64,000 bases of DNA, from positions 64,001 through 128,000 of IMG/VR virus record IMGVR_UViG_3300035498_000356. One strand, given 5' to 3'. Both the position numbers and the translations under genes were made by a program. Shown here one piece after another: positions 1 through 9,061 of the stretch (positions are counted from its first letter, which is position 1; the number at the start of each line of letters is the position of its first letter). The stretch is from a virus (taxonomy: Duplodnaviria; Caudoviricetes). The notes below the pieces were generated by a model. It worked only from the letters and a program-made list of their open reading frames with translations. It was not told the DNA's origin and did no database searches.

Positions 1-1
1 T

Positions 2-118
2 TCACAAATAAAAGCTTTGAATAAGACTATTAAGAATAAAAAGAAAACTATTCTAGGTCTTGAAATCGGAGTTGTTGCTATCTCTGTAGCATTTTTAATT
101 TATGGACTTGTTAAATGA
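2..118 (+). CDS. C-terminal fragment of a membrane-anchored protein (spanin-like), truncated by the window edge
   Basis: Frame 2 reads SQIKALNKTIKNKKKTILGLEIGVVAISVAFLIYGLVK-TGA: coiled-coil-like segment followed by a C-terminal TM helix. Confidence 0.5.
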   Translation, partial: SQIKALNKTIKNKKKTILGLEIGVVAISVAFLIYGLVK

Positions 119-270
119 AAAAACCAAGAGTAAAGAAAGATGAATACGGAGTAAAATATAAATATCCAGATAGAACATGTAAGGAATGTAAAAAATATCC
201 TTGCTTTACAGGTATAACTTTATGTCGATCTGATTTTGCAAAATACGGGTGCGTCTATTACGGTAGTTAA
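115..270 (+). CDS. Small Cys-rich hypothetical protein (51 aa), below the ORF-track cutoff
   Basis: ATG overlaps the upstream TGA (ATGA); MKKPRVKKDEYGVKYKYPDRTCKECKKYPCFTGITLCRSDFAKYGCVYYGS. Confidence 0.65.
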   Translation: MKKPRVKKDEYGVKYKYPDRTCKECKKYPCFTGITLCRSDFAKYGCVYYGS

Positions 271-568
271 ATGTAAATTAGTTGCATCTATGACAGATTT
301 AGCAGATTATGTTACTTATGTATTTGAAATTCTAGATAAAGAGTTTCTTAGATATTCTAAGTATATAATGTGTACTAAATTTCCGAATTGGGAAACAAAG
401 TTGATTGCGATAGGTGATATTGGATATTTACATTTTGAGGAAATTGAAGCAGGTAAAGATAGATGGTGGGATGGAAATAAATTTGTTTCATATCGTTATG
501 ATATGACTCAATTTATAAACTTTGTTCCTGAACCAACACCAGAAGATAATCAACAATATATAATGTAA
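236..568 (+). CDS. Conserved crAss-like hypothetical protein (start uncertain)
   Basis: ORF track; tightly packed in the operon. Confidence 0.7.
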   Translation: MQNTGASITVVKCKLVASMTDLADYVTYVFEILDKEFLRYSKYIMCTKFPNWETKLIAIGDIGYLHFEEIEAGKDRWWDGNKFVSYRYDMTQFINFVPEPTPEDNQQYIM

Positions 569-585
569 TAAATAGAGTATTTTAA

Positions 586-1458
586 ATGTTTAAAGAGAAA
601 CTAACTGAGGCTATCAACGCAAAGAATAATGATGTTAATTCTTACGTATGGAAATTTGCTAGAGATGAAAATGGTAATCAAGATTCAATTCGTTTAGTTG
701 ACGCTACTGAAGAACAGCTTAATCAATTTTATAAGAGAGCTAATGTAATGCTCCATAATACTGATTCTAAAAATCCAGGTAGATATGTAATTAGACAGAT
801 TACACGCGACCAAATGGATAGATGTAATACTGAATTGTTCTTGCGTGAATATCGTAAAGGTGCATTTACTAATGGAGAAGCATGTTCTCAATATATTCTA
901 TGTCGTCAATTGCTTGATAGAATTAATGAGAATAAAGAAGTATTCCCTGATGGTAAACTTTATGAAATTCCTATTACTGAAATCTTTACAAATGTACCTA
1001 CAGAATATAGAAATCTAAGTGTTGGTTTGCTAGTAGATGCATGTATGGATAAGCTTGGTGCTATTAATACTTCACATATTTCTTTTAAGTTTATTGTAAC
1101 TCATCTAGGTGTATTTCTATCTGATGATGATATTAAAGAACTTGTTAGCAATAATGAAAGAGGTAAGTATTTAAGTAATGAATCTTTAGTTAAAGAAGCG
1201 CTTGATATTAAGCCAAATTATCAAGTACGTGTAAGTCCTTCTGGTCTCAGTTATTCAGAATTTAGATCTATGGTTCGGTTGAAGTCTCGTTCAATATATC
1301 AATATTCAAGTCTTACAACTGAACAACTTCTAACATTACGTAATAAAGTATTATTCCGTTTTGAACAAAAAGTCAATCATCAAATTCAACAGTGGGAAGA
1401 TATTATTACACAAATTCGCAAAGTTGCAGAATTTAAAGGATATACTTTGGAAGATTGA
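586..1458 (+). CDS. Conserved crAss-like hypothetical protein
   Basis: 290-aa ORF, ATG start, operon context. Confidence 0.75.
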   Translation: MFKEKLTEAINAKNNDVNSYVWKFARDENGNQDSIRLVDATEEQLNQFYKRANVMLHNTDSKNPGRYVIRQITRDQMDRCNTELFLREYRKGAFTNGEACSQYILCRQLLDRINENKEVFPDGKLYEIPITEIFTNVPTEYRNLSVGLLVDACMDKLGAINTSHISFKFIVTHLGVFLSDDDIKELVSNNERGKYLSNESLVKEALDIKPNYQVRVSPSGLSYSEFRSMVRLKSRSIYQYSSLTTEQLLTLRNKVLFRFEQKVNHQIQQWEDIITQIRKVAEFKGYTLED

Positions 1459-1493
1459 TGTAAATAATCTTTCTGCTCTTATTTATTTAGTAT

Positions 1494-2753
1494 ATGATTT
1501 CACGAGATGATAAACAAAAAGAATGTATTAAGTATTGGCTAAAAAATAAAGCATGTGGAACAATGGTAATGCCAACTGGTTTTGGTAAAACTAGAACTGC
1601 ATTAAAAGCCTTAAAACTTTTTATTGATAAAAGAAAAGATACAACATTTATTGTTGTTGTACCTACTGATAATTTAAAAGTTCAATGGGAGCAACAACTT
1701 GATGAATGGGGTCTATCATTAAATGGTCAGGTTATAATTATTAATACTGCTATCAAAAACAAATATATTACTGATATTTTAGTGATAGACGAATGCCATC
1801 GTTCTAACTCAACATGCTTTAGAGAATTATTTAAAGCTGTACAATATAAATATGTTCTTGGATTAACTGCTACATATGAACGCCTTGATGGATTACAGAG
1901 AGAAGTTATGGATAAATATTGCCCTGTATGTATTACAGTTACTCTTGAAGAAGCATTACTAAATGAATGGTTGTCGCCATATACTGAATATCAAGTTTTA
2001 ATAAGCGTTGATGATATAGATGAATATAAAAAGTATAATAAGGAATTTGTAACGCATTTTGAATTTTTCTCATTTGATTGGAATAAAGTTATGTCTTGCA
2101 TAGGTCCTAAAGGATTTATTGCAAGATCAAAACTTAGAGATGAAATGTGTCCAAATGGAACAGAAGAACAACGTAAACAAATGTTTCAACAGATTACATT
2201 TCATGCTACTGGATTCATGAGAGCCTTAACAAAACGTAAAGCTTTTATAAATAATCATCCTAAGAAATTAGAATTGGCTAGAAAAATAATTAATGCTTTA
2301 CCGAATTCTAAAATTATAACGTTTTCAAATAACATTAAAATGGCAGAGTCAATTGGTATTGGTCCAGTTTATTCTGGTAAGGATAGTAAGAAAAAAGCTA
2401 GAGCAAGTTTGGAAGAGTTTAATAATCAAGAAAAAGGAGTATTGAATTCTATTAAAAAACTTTGCGAAGGTGCTGATCTTAAAGGTCTCGATACTGCTAT
2501 TATGTTAGGAATTGATTCATCGGAAATACGTGCTACTCAATCAAGGGGTAGAGCAATTCGATTCAAACAAGGAAAACATGCTTTAATATTTAATTTAATC
2601 ATTGACGACACAGTAGAAACAACTTGGTTTAAAAATAGTCATAAAAATTCTCAATATGTAACAATAGATGAGAATGGATTGGATGATGTTCTTAATAATA
2701 AAGAACCTCAACCATATAAAAAGACTATTAAACAATTTCAATTTAGATTTTAA
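1494..2753 (+). CDS. Superfamily 2 DExH helicase
   Basis: Walker A MPTGFGKT, DECH, GLTAT, EGADL, QSRGRAIR motifs. Confidence 0.92.
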   Translation: MISRDDKQKECIKYWLKNKACGTMVMPTGFGKTRTALKALKLFIDKRKDTTFIVVVPTDNLKVQWEQQLDEWGLSLNGQVIIINTAIKNKYITDILVIDECHRSNSTCFRELFKAVQYKYVLGLTATYERLDGLQREVMDKYCPVCITVTLEEALLNEWLSPYTEYQVLISVDDIDEYKKYNKEFVTHFEFFSFDWNKVMSCIGPKGFIARSKLRDEMCPNGTEEQRKQMFQQITFHATGFMRALTKRKAFINNHPKKLELARKIINALPNSKIITFSNNIKMAESIGIGPVYSGKDSKKKARASLEEFNNQEKGVLNSIKKLCEGADLKGLDTAIMLGIDSSEIRATQSRGRAIRFKQGKHALIFNLIIDDTVETTWFKNSHKNSQYVTIDENGLDDVLNNKEPQPYKKTIKQFQFRF

Positions 2754-2844
2754 TAATTCTATGTAAAAATTACACCTCGAAAGAGTATTATGCTTTTACA
2801 GTTTAAAGATGCAAGTATTATTTGTATAAACACTTTAAACTGAT

Positions 2845-3459
2845 TTGAACTTAACATTAACACTAGAAGATGAAATTTCAGTTTTAGAAAAATACCGATT
2901 AACTCCTACTGAATTGTTTCTTTTGAGAGTATTACTAATATTCCAGGATGAAAATGATACTAAATTGTTTTCTAATTATATAAAAACACTTAAACAAGCA
3001 GGAGTTAATTTAAGATCTGTATTACAAAATTTACAGAATAAAGGTATTATACTTAAAAGTTATAAGATACCCGAAGAAGGCCAACAATTTGATCCTTTTG
3101 ATATTGAAATTAATAGAAATTTCATTAAGACATTATACAAATGCTCATTTGAATTAGGAAAAGAGTTATTTGAAAACTATCCACAATTCACTACTATAAA
3201 TAATAGTATTGTTTCTTTAAGAGGAGTAAGTAAATTCTTTAATTCTCTAGAAGATGCATATTTTAAATATGGTAGATATATTAAGTGGAATGTTGAAACA
3301 CATAATCATATTATTGAACTTGTTAAATGGGGTAAAGAACATGACGTCATTAAACAATCATTAGGAAGTTTTATAGTTAATAATGCTTGGTTAGACTTAG
3401 AAGCATTGCAAAATGGAGATACAGTTAATTATAACTATGATTCTATTAGAGAACTATGA
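2845..3459 (+). CDS. Putative replication initiation / helicase-loader-like protein
   Basis: TTG-start ORF coupled (ATGA) to the DnaB gene; winged-helix-like N-terminus; function inferred from position. Confidence 0.45.
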   Translation: MNLTLTLEDEISVLEKYRLTPTELFLLRVLLIFQDENDTKLFSNYIKTLKQAGVNLRSVLQNLQNKGIILKSYKIPEEGQQFDPFDIEINRNFIKTLYKCSFELGKELFENYPQFTTINNSIVSLRGVSKFFNSLEDAYFKYGRYIKWNVETHNHIIELVKWGKEHDVIKQSLGSFIVNNAWLDLEALQNGDTVNYNYDSIREL

Positions 3460-5090
3460 TTACTGAAGCTCTTATTGAAGCAATTAAGCGAGGTCGTGAA
3501 GGAAAGTCTCAAGGTTATAGTATTGGACTTCCTAAACTTGAACAAGTCATTGATGGAGTATGTAAGGGAACTTACGTTTTACTCGGAGCAGAATCCGGGG
3601 TAGGTTGCAATTTTTAACACAGCCGTTCCAATTGAGGAATCATTGGAATTATTATTGGGCAATATCGGTGAAAGTCTTAATAAAGATAACACCGAGATAA
3701 ATTCAGAAATTAAAGAATCTGAATCATCGTACAGCATAGATATTGAACCTCTTAATTGAGAATATAATATATCCAAGAGTGTCCAACATCCCAACTGAAA
3801 TAAGTGGATGAAAATATATGCGGGACTTATTAGTGATAATAAGAAACTAGAATAAAAAATCTAGTGATAACATACTCGAAAAGCTCATTTATGCTCTATT
3901 CAATGATTTATAGACCTATTATGGATCATCTAGATGATGGAAAATTCAAAATAAGCCTATTTAGTCTTGAAATGAATGCGGATATGATTTTAGCTAAATT
4001 ATTATCTACATATATTTTTGAGACTTACAATGTTAGATTAAGCATTAAACAACTTTTATCAGTGCAAAGAGGATTTATTTTGAATGATGATTGTTATCAA
4101 ATAGTAGAAAAATGTATTCCATGGATGAGAAAAGTGGAATCTATTATAACTATTTATGATAAGAATGCTTCTGCTAATTCAATTTATTCTCATCTTCTTA
4201 AAGAATTAGAAGCTAGAGGACATTTTGAAGAATCTGATAAAAGAAAAATATATATTCCTGATGATCCAGACATTATACACATCGTAGTGGTCGATCATCT
4301 CGCCAGAATTTATGCGTCTGAGGGAAGAACACTCAAACAAGAGATGGATTTAACCTCTAAATATCTCTATTCATTAAAGAATCGTTGTGGTATATCACCA
4401 ATTGTTATACAACAATTAAATAGAGGTATTCAAGGCATGGATCGACGACGTGAGGGAATGTTAACTCCTACAACAGCAGATTTTAAAGATACCAATTCGT
4501 CAAAATAGGCGAATTTAAAACTCCGTTAAACGGGGAAAATCCTAACTTGGACAATCCCGTGCTAAACCTTCAAGAAATTGAAGAAAATGCCTAACGACTA
4601 GAAGTGAAGCTAAACAGGTAATGCTGTAGCTATAAATTCTTCCACGAAAGCGGGGCACTGTTTCTATTAATAGAAATTAAAGATATAGTCTGAACTATAT
4701 AGAAATATATAGAAGTTATAGATAAAGAGCTATGACGTTAACAAAATTGCAATAGAAGACGCAGAGATAGTTCTAGCTTTATTTAGCCCTAATCGTTTAA
4801 AATTAAATAGTCATAGAGGCTATGATATTAAACAAATGGGCGATAAGTTTAGAAGTGTCATTGTTCTTAAATCAAGGTATGGAGAATCTGATGTTGAGGA
4901 TTTTATTTATTATGATGGAAAATGTAATGTTTGGAAGGAGCTTCCTAGAGCTTCTGAAATAATAGATTATGGTAAATTTGATAATCCACGATGGTGGATA
5001 GATAATGTCAAAGGTATTGAATTTATAGATTCTGAAGTCAAAGATGATCAATCTAAAGATAGTGAAACTAACTTTAAATTCGTTCTATAA
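3456..5090 (+). CDS. dnaB: DnaB-like replicative helicase, join(3456..3605,3879..4500,4750..5090), 370 aa
   Basis: Splicing restores Walker A GAESGVG|KSS and DFKDTNS|SIEDAEIV (aligns with DnaB DLRDSGSIEQDAD); VVVDH Walker B, IQQLNR, KSRYG; spliced length is a multiple of 3. Confidence 0.92.
3606..3878 (+). mobile_element. ORF-less group I intron 1 (273 nt) in the DnaB Walker A motif
   Basis: 5' exon ends in U, intron ends in G; P1 ggt|tg pairs with cagcc giving a U.G pair; P7 gcata/tatgc; removal restores GVGKSS. Confidence 0.88.
4501..4749 (+). mobile_element. ORF-less group I intron 2 (249 nt) in DnaB
   Basis: P1 aattcgt| pairs with gcgaatt (U.G at the splice site); R element aacgactag; S element agatatagtct; P9 ctatata-gaaa-tatatag; terminal G4749. 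Confidence 0.92.
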
Positions 5091-6119
5091 TGGCAGCAGA
5101 AACTATATTAATTTTAGGTGAATCTGGAACTGGTAAAAGTTCATCTTTACGCAATCTTGATCCCACTACAACATTTATTATATCAACTACTTCTAAACCT
5201 CTTCCTTGGAGAGGATGGAAGAAGCATTATAGTAAATGGGACTTAAAAACAAACCCACAAGGCAATTGGTATCAAACATCCAATTCACAAAATATTGGAA
5301 CTATTATGAAATATGTAAGTGCTAAAAGACCAGAAATAAAAACACTTATATTTGAAGATGCTCAGTACTCAATGTCATTTGCTTTCATGGATAGACGTTC
5401 TGAAAAGTCTTATGATAAGTTTAATGATATTGGTGGAGACTTCACTGACCTACTTAGAATATCAGAATCGCTTCGTGATGATCTAAAAGTAGTATTCATC
5501 AGTCATAGTGATAATATTGGTGACAATATGAACCCACACTGGAGTTTAAAAACGATTGGTAAATTTTTTTGCCTGTTAATCCCTAATTCGGTAAGAGTTA
5601 AATATAAAAAATACGCTCTCTAAGAAAGCCTAAGGTCCAAATTTATATGGTTTGGATAGCTGGTAATACCGAGCCAAGCTGGAATTTGTAATTCCTGGCG
5701 TGTGTAACGACTATCTCCGTATCGGGAGAGTAAAATTAATTTGATAAATTAGTTTGAAATGGGATTTATTAACCTGTAGATTTTTATTTTCAAGAATAAA
5801 AAATCAGGTTAATTAAGATATAGTCTAAACTATATAGAAATATATAGAATATAATGGTATTAGATTTTATCACTAATATGTAAACATTATATTATAATTG
5901 AAAATGGTCAACGAAAAGATAACACCAGAAGGTTTGTTCACCTATGTATTTTATGCTATGGTTGTCGATGGTGATAATGATTATGAATATAAATTCTTAA
6001 CCAACACTGATAGAGAACATGTAGCAAAAACACCTATGGGAATGTTTGAAGATAAATTAATTGATAATGATTTAGCAGAGATTATTAAAGTAATTGATGC
6101 TTATAATGAAGGAGAATGA
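5090..6119 (+). CDS. Sak4-like / AAA_24 P-loop ATPase (recombination, single-strand annealing), join(5090..5560,5901..6119), 229 aa
   Basis: GESGTGKS Walker A, IFED Walker B, ISHS; splicing restores KTIG|KMVNEKITPEGLF. Confidence 0.85.
5561..5900 (+). mobile_element. ORF-less group I intron 3 (340 nt) in the Sak4-like ATPase
   Basis: P1 ggt|...gcc with U.G; P taattcggtaa / Q aataccgagc; R gtaacgactat; S aagatatagtct; terminal G5900. Confidence 0.92.
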
Positions 6120-6652
6120 GTAAATTAACATTTCAATTTTCTTTTGACACAGAAACAGGAGAATTTTCTGTAGTCAATACTGATACTGGAGAAGTAAAAA
6201 CAGCTAAAGTATCTAAGAAAGTAGAAGTTTCTGACAATGAAACTCCTACTTTAACTTTGGAAGACACCAAGTGTGTTCTTAATGGTTCTGCAATTCATCT
6301 ATTGAATGTAGAACCTGGTGATAAACTAGATATTAAATATCGTAAAAAAGATTCTATTATTCCTGTAATAGCTACTGATGATACATTTGGAACTCACTCA
6401 GGCAATAAGCTTTGTAAGAATAATAGTTTTGCATATCGTGGAAGTAAGCATGATGAACTTGCTAAGTATGGTACTGTATTTACTCTAGTTAAAGATTCAG
6501 AAGGAGTATTTATTCTGCAAGGAGATAAAACTCCAGAACCTTTAGTTGAAGATACTCCAGTAGAAACGGATAATCTTGATTCTGAATTAGAAAATCTTCT
6601 TAATTCAGATTCGGATGTAACAGAAATTTCAGATTTTCAATTTACTCTTTAA
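6116..6652 (+). CDS. Hypothetical protein with acidic C-terminus (replication module)
   Basis: 178-aa ORF coupled to the ATPase by ATGA. Confidence 0.7.
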   Translation: MSKLTFQFSFDTETGEFSVVNTDTGEVKTAKVSKKVEVSDNETPTLTLEDTKCVLNGSAIHLLNVEPGDKLDIKYRKKDSIIPVIATDDTFGTHSGNKLCKNNSFAYRGSKHDELAKYGTVFTLVKDSEGVFILQGDKTPEPLVEDTPVETDNLDSELENLLNSDSDVTEISDFQFTL

Positions 6653-6667
6653 ATAATTTTATAAATT

Positions 6668-7441
6668 ATGGCTTTTAATTTTGGAAATATTACAAACGCT
6701 ACAGTAACAAATTCAACTTCTTATTTAAAACCTTATCAGATTTATTCTGATGTTGAAATTAAGAAAACAGAAATAGTAGAAGGCGAAAAAGATGGAAGAC
6801 ATTGGAAGCGTCTTGATATTGTTTTTGGCAATAATGAAGGAGAATATACTGAAAGTATGTTCTATTGTGACGAGAATAATCCTCGAGATATTACTCGCCC
6901 TGAATATGACCAACCTAATGGAGGTAAACGTTATGGTGCAGCTCCTATTGAGGAATTGCAAAATGAGATTGCATCCATTGGTTTTGCATTCTTTCCTAAA
7001 CAATTTGAAAAACTTCAAGCAGCAGCAAGCAAGATTGGTACTGTTGAGCAGCTGATGGCTTTGTTTAAGAAATGTATTGACGGTAATATTGGTAAAGTGA
7101 AAACCAATATGAAACTTGTAGGTCGTAAAAGTTCTGATGGACATGTATATGCACGTCTACCTAAATTTACTGGTATGGCCGAAGCTAAGACACAAGAATC
7201 CGCATCTCGTAATGGAGTAGAAGTTGGACAATGGTATTCTTGGAGAGTATCTCCATTTAATGATAATCCCGATCGACTTACATTCAGCAGTTATGAAATG
7301 CAACAAGCTAATTCTCTAGCTTCTGCAAAGCCAACTCAAATGAGTCCATTGGATTCACTTGATTCAGTTGAATCAGTACCTGCTTCAACTGTTAAACCAA
7401 GTGAAGATGAGGATTTGTCGGACCTTTTGGCTGCACTCTAA
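6668..7441 (+). CDS. Putative single-stranded DNA-binding protein
   Basis: Lies between the Sak4-like ATPase and primase; OB-fold-like N-terminus; flexible acidic tail EDEDLSDLLAAL. Confidence 0.6.
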   Translation: MAFNFGNITNATVTNSTSYLKPYQIYSDVEIKKTEIVEGEKDGRHWKRLDIVFGNNEGEYTESMFYCDENNPRDITRPEYDQPNGGKRYGAAPIEELQNEIASIGFAFFPKQFEKLQAAASKIGTVEQLMALFKKCIDGNIGKVKTNMKLVGRKSSDGHVYARLPKFTGMAEAKTQESASRNGVEVGQWYSWRVSPFNDNPDRLTFSSYEMQQANSLASAKPTQMSPLDSLDSVESVPASTVKPSEDEDLSDLLAAL

Positions 7442-7445
7442 TAAA

Positions 7446-7477
7446 TTTGTAAATTCAAACTAAAATTGCTTTATTTG
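7446..7477 (+). promoter_or_regulatory. Possible Bacteroidota sigma-type promoter upstream of primase
   Basis: TTTG at 7446, 20-nt spacer, TTTATTTG (1 mismatch to TAnnTTTG). Confidence 0.4.
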
Positions 7478-7496
7478 CAATAAAAAGATTTATTGC

Positions 7497-8516
7497 ATGA
7501 ATTTTAGTTTATATGATAAACCTAGATTAACTAAGGATTTCATATTATCTAAATTAACCGAAGAGCAAATATTTAGTTATTATATAGGAGGAAATATATT
7601 TAATAAGAAATTATTTAGAAGTCAATTACGAAAAGATAAGAACCCAACATGTTCTTTCTATCGTAATAAATCTAATACTCTTATATATAAAGATTTCGCA
7701 ACCGGACAATCTCTAAACTGCTTTGGGTATGTTTGTGAATTGTTCGGTTGTGATTACTTTAAAGCGTTACAGATAATTGCTAATGACTTTAATTTAGTTA
7801 AGAATGATTCATTAGTTAAAACTAGAGGTAAAATTATTTCAAAAGATTATAAGATAGAAGAAAAGGAATTTTCTAAGATACAGGTTGAAATTCAAGACTT
7901 TACTGATTACGATATAAAATGGTGGGGTAAATATGGAATTACTACAGATATACTTAAAAAATATCATGTGTTTTCTTGTAAACATGTATTTTTAAATGAT
8001 AGATTAGTTTCTGAATATGGACAACATTGTCCTATCTATGGATATTATGGAAATAAATATCAAGGTAAGGAACTATGGAGAATATATTATCCCAAACGTA
8101 AATCGTATCGTTTTTTAACTAATTGGCCCACTAAGAAAATTCAAGGATATGATCAATTACCAAAGAAAGGTAAATTATTGGTAATTACAAAGTCAATGAA
8201 AGATCTAATGGTTTTGAATTCATTAGGTATATCAGCTATTGCTCCAAACTCAGAAACACAAATTCCAGGTGAAGCAATATTAGATGATTTAAAGAAACGA
8301 TTTAAAAATATAGTAGTCCTATTTGATAATGATTTAACTGGAATTAGTTTTATGAATAAATTCAAAAAGCAACACCCAGAATTTATATATACATGGATTC
8401 CTAGAAAACTAAATGCTAAAGATATTAGTGATTACTATAAATGCAACGGTAAAGAAAAAACAATCAATCTAATTAAACAATTTATTTTATGGCTAAAAAA
8501 AGTTAGAAAGACTTAG
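7497..8516 (+). CDS. DNA primase (crAss-type, TOPRIM)
   Basis: LRKDKNPTCSF...KDFATG N-terminal domain; ITKSMKD, PNSE, LFDND, KDISD TOPRIM motifs. Confidence 0.9.
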   Translation: MNFSLYDKPRLTKDFILSKLTEEQIFSYYIGGNIFNKKLFRSQLRKDKNPTCSFYRNKSNTLIYKDFATGQSLNCFGYVCELFGCDYFKALQIIANDFNLVKNDSLVKTRGKIISKDYKIEEKEFSKIQVEIQDFTDYDIKWWGKYGITTDILKKYHVFSCKHVFLNDRLVSEYGQHCPIYGYYGNKYQGKELWRIYYPKRKSYRFLTNWPTKKIQGYDQLPKKGKLLVITKSMKDLMVLNSLGISAIAPNSETQIPGEAILDDLKKRFKNIVVLFDNDLTGISFMNKFKKQHPEFIYTWIPRKLNAKDISDYYKCNGKEKTINLIKQFILWLKKVRKT

Positions 8517-9061
8517 ACACATCAGTAATTATAACGTATAAAGACGGAAGTTTTGAACAATTCAATTCAATAAGTGAAGCATCAGAGAAAACAGGATTAT
8601 CTGAATCTGCTATTAAAATACGTTGTAATAAATGTAGAGAAGGCTCTATGAACAAAAAAGATAAAATTCACTGCAAGTGGATAGATGATACTACTTTTAG
8701 AAGCTATCAAGCTAAGAAAAGTAGGAATAAAGGAAATAAATTTGAATTAGATGTTATTAAAGAATTAACTGAATTAGGATATAAAGGACTTGTGTCATCA
8801 AGATCTCAAAATCGTAATTTAGATAATTCTAAAGTTGATATAGCCGAAACTACAGATAAACTTCCATTTTATATCCAATGCAAGGCAACTTTGAATACTC
8901 CAAATATTGAAACTATTAGTGAAGAATGCCCTTTGAAGGATAAACCACTTGTTATATTTTGGAGAAAACAAAAAGTTAATTCCGAGTCTTCTGATTATGT
9001 GATATTGCCAAAAGAAGTCTTATATAATCTATTAAAAAATGAAAAGACTAACAACTAGTGA
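8489..9061 (+). CDS. Holliday-junction resolvase (PD-(D/E)xK) with an N-terminal HTH; internal TAG at codon 6; ends TAG-TGA
   Basis: MAKKS*KDLDTS...FNSISEASEKTGLSESAIKIRCNK is in frame with ORF 8648; RNKGNKFELDV, KVDI, IQCK resolvase motifs. Confidence 0.8.
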
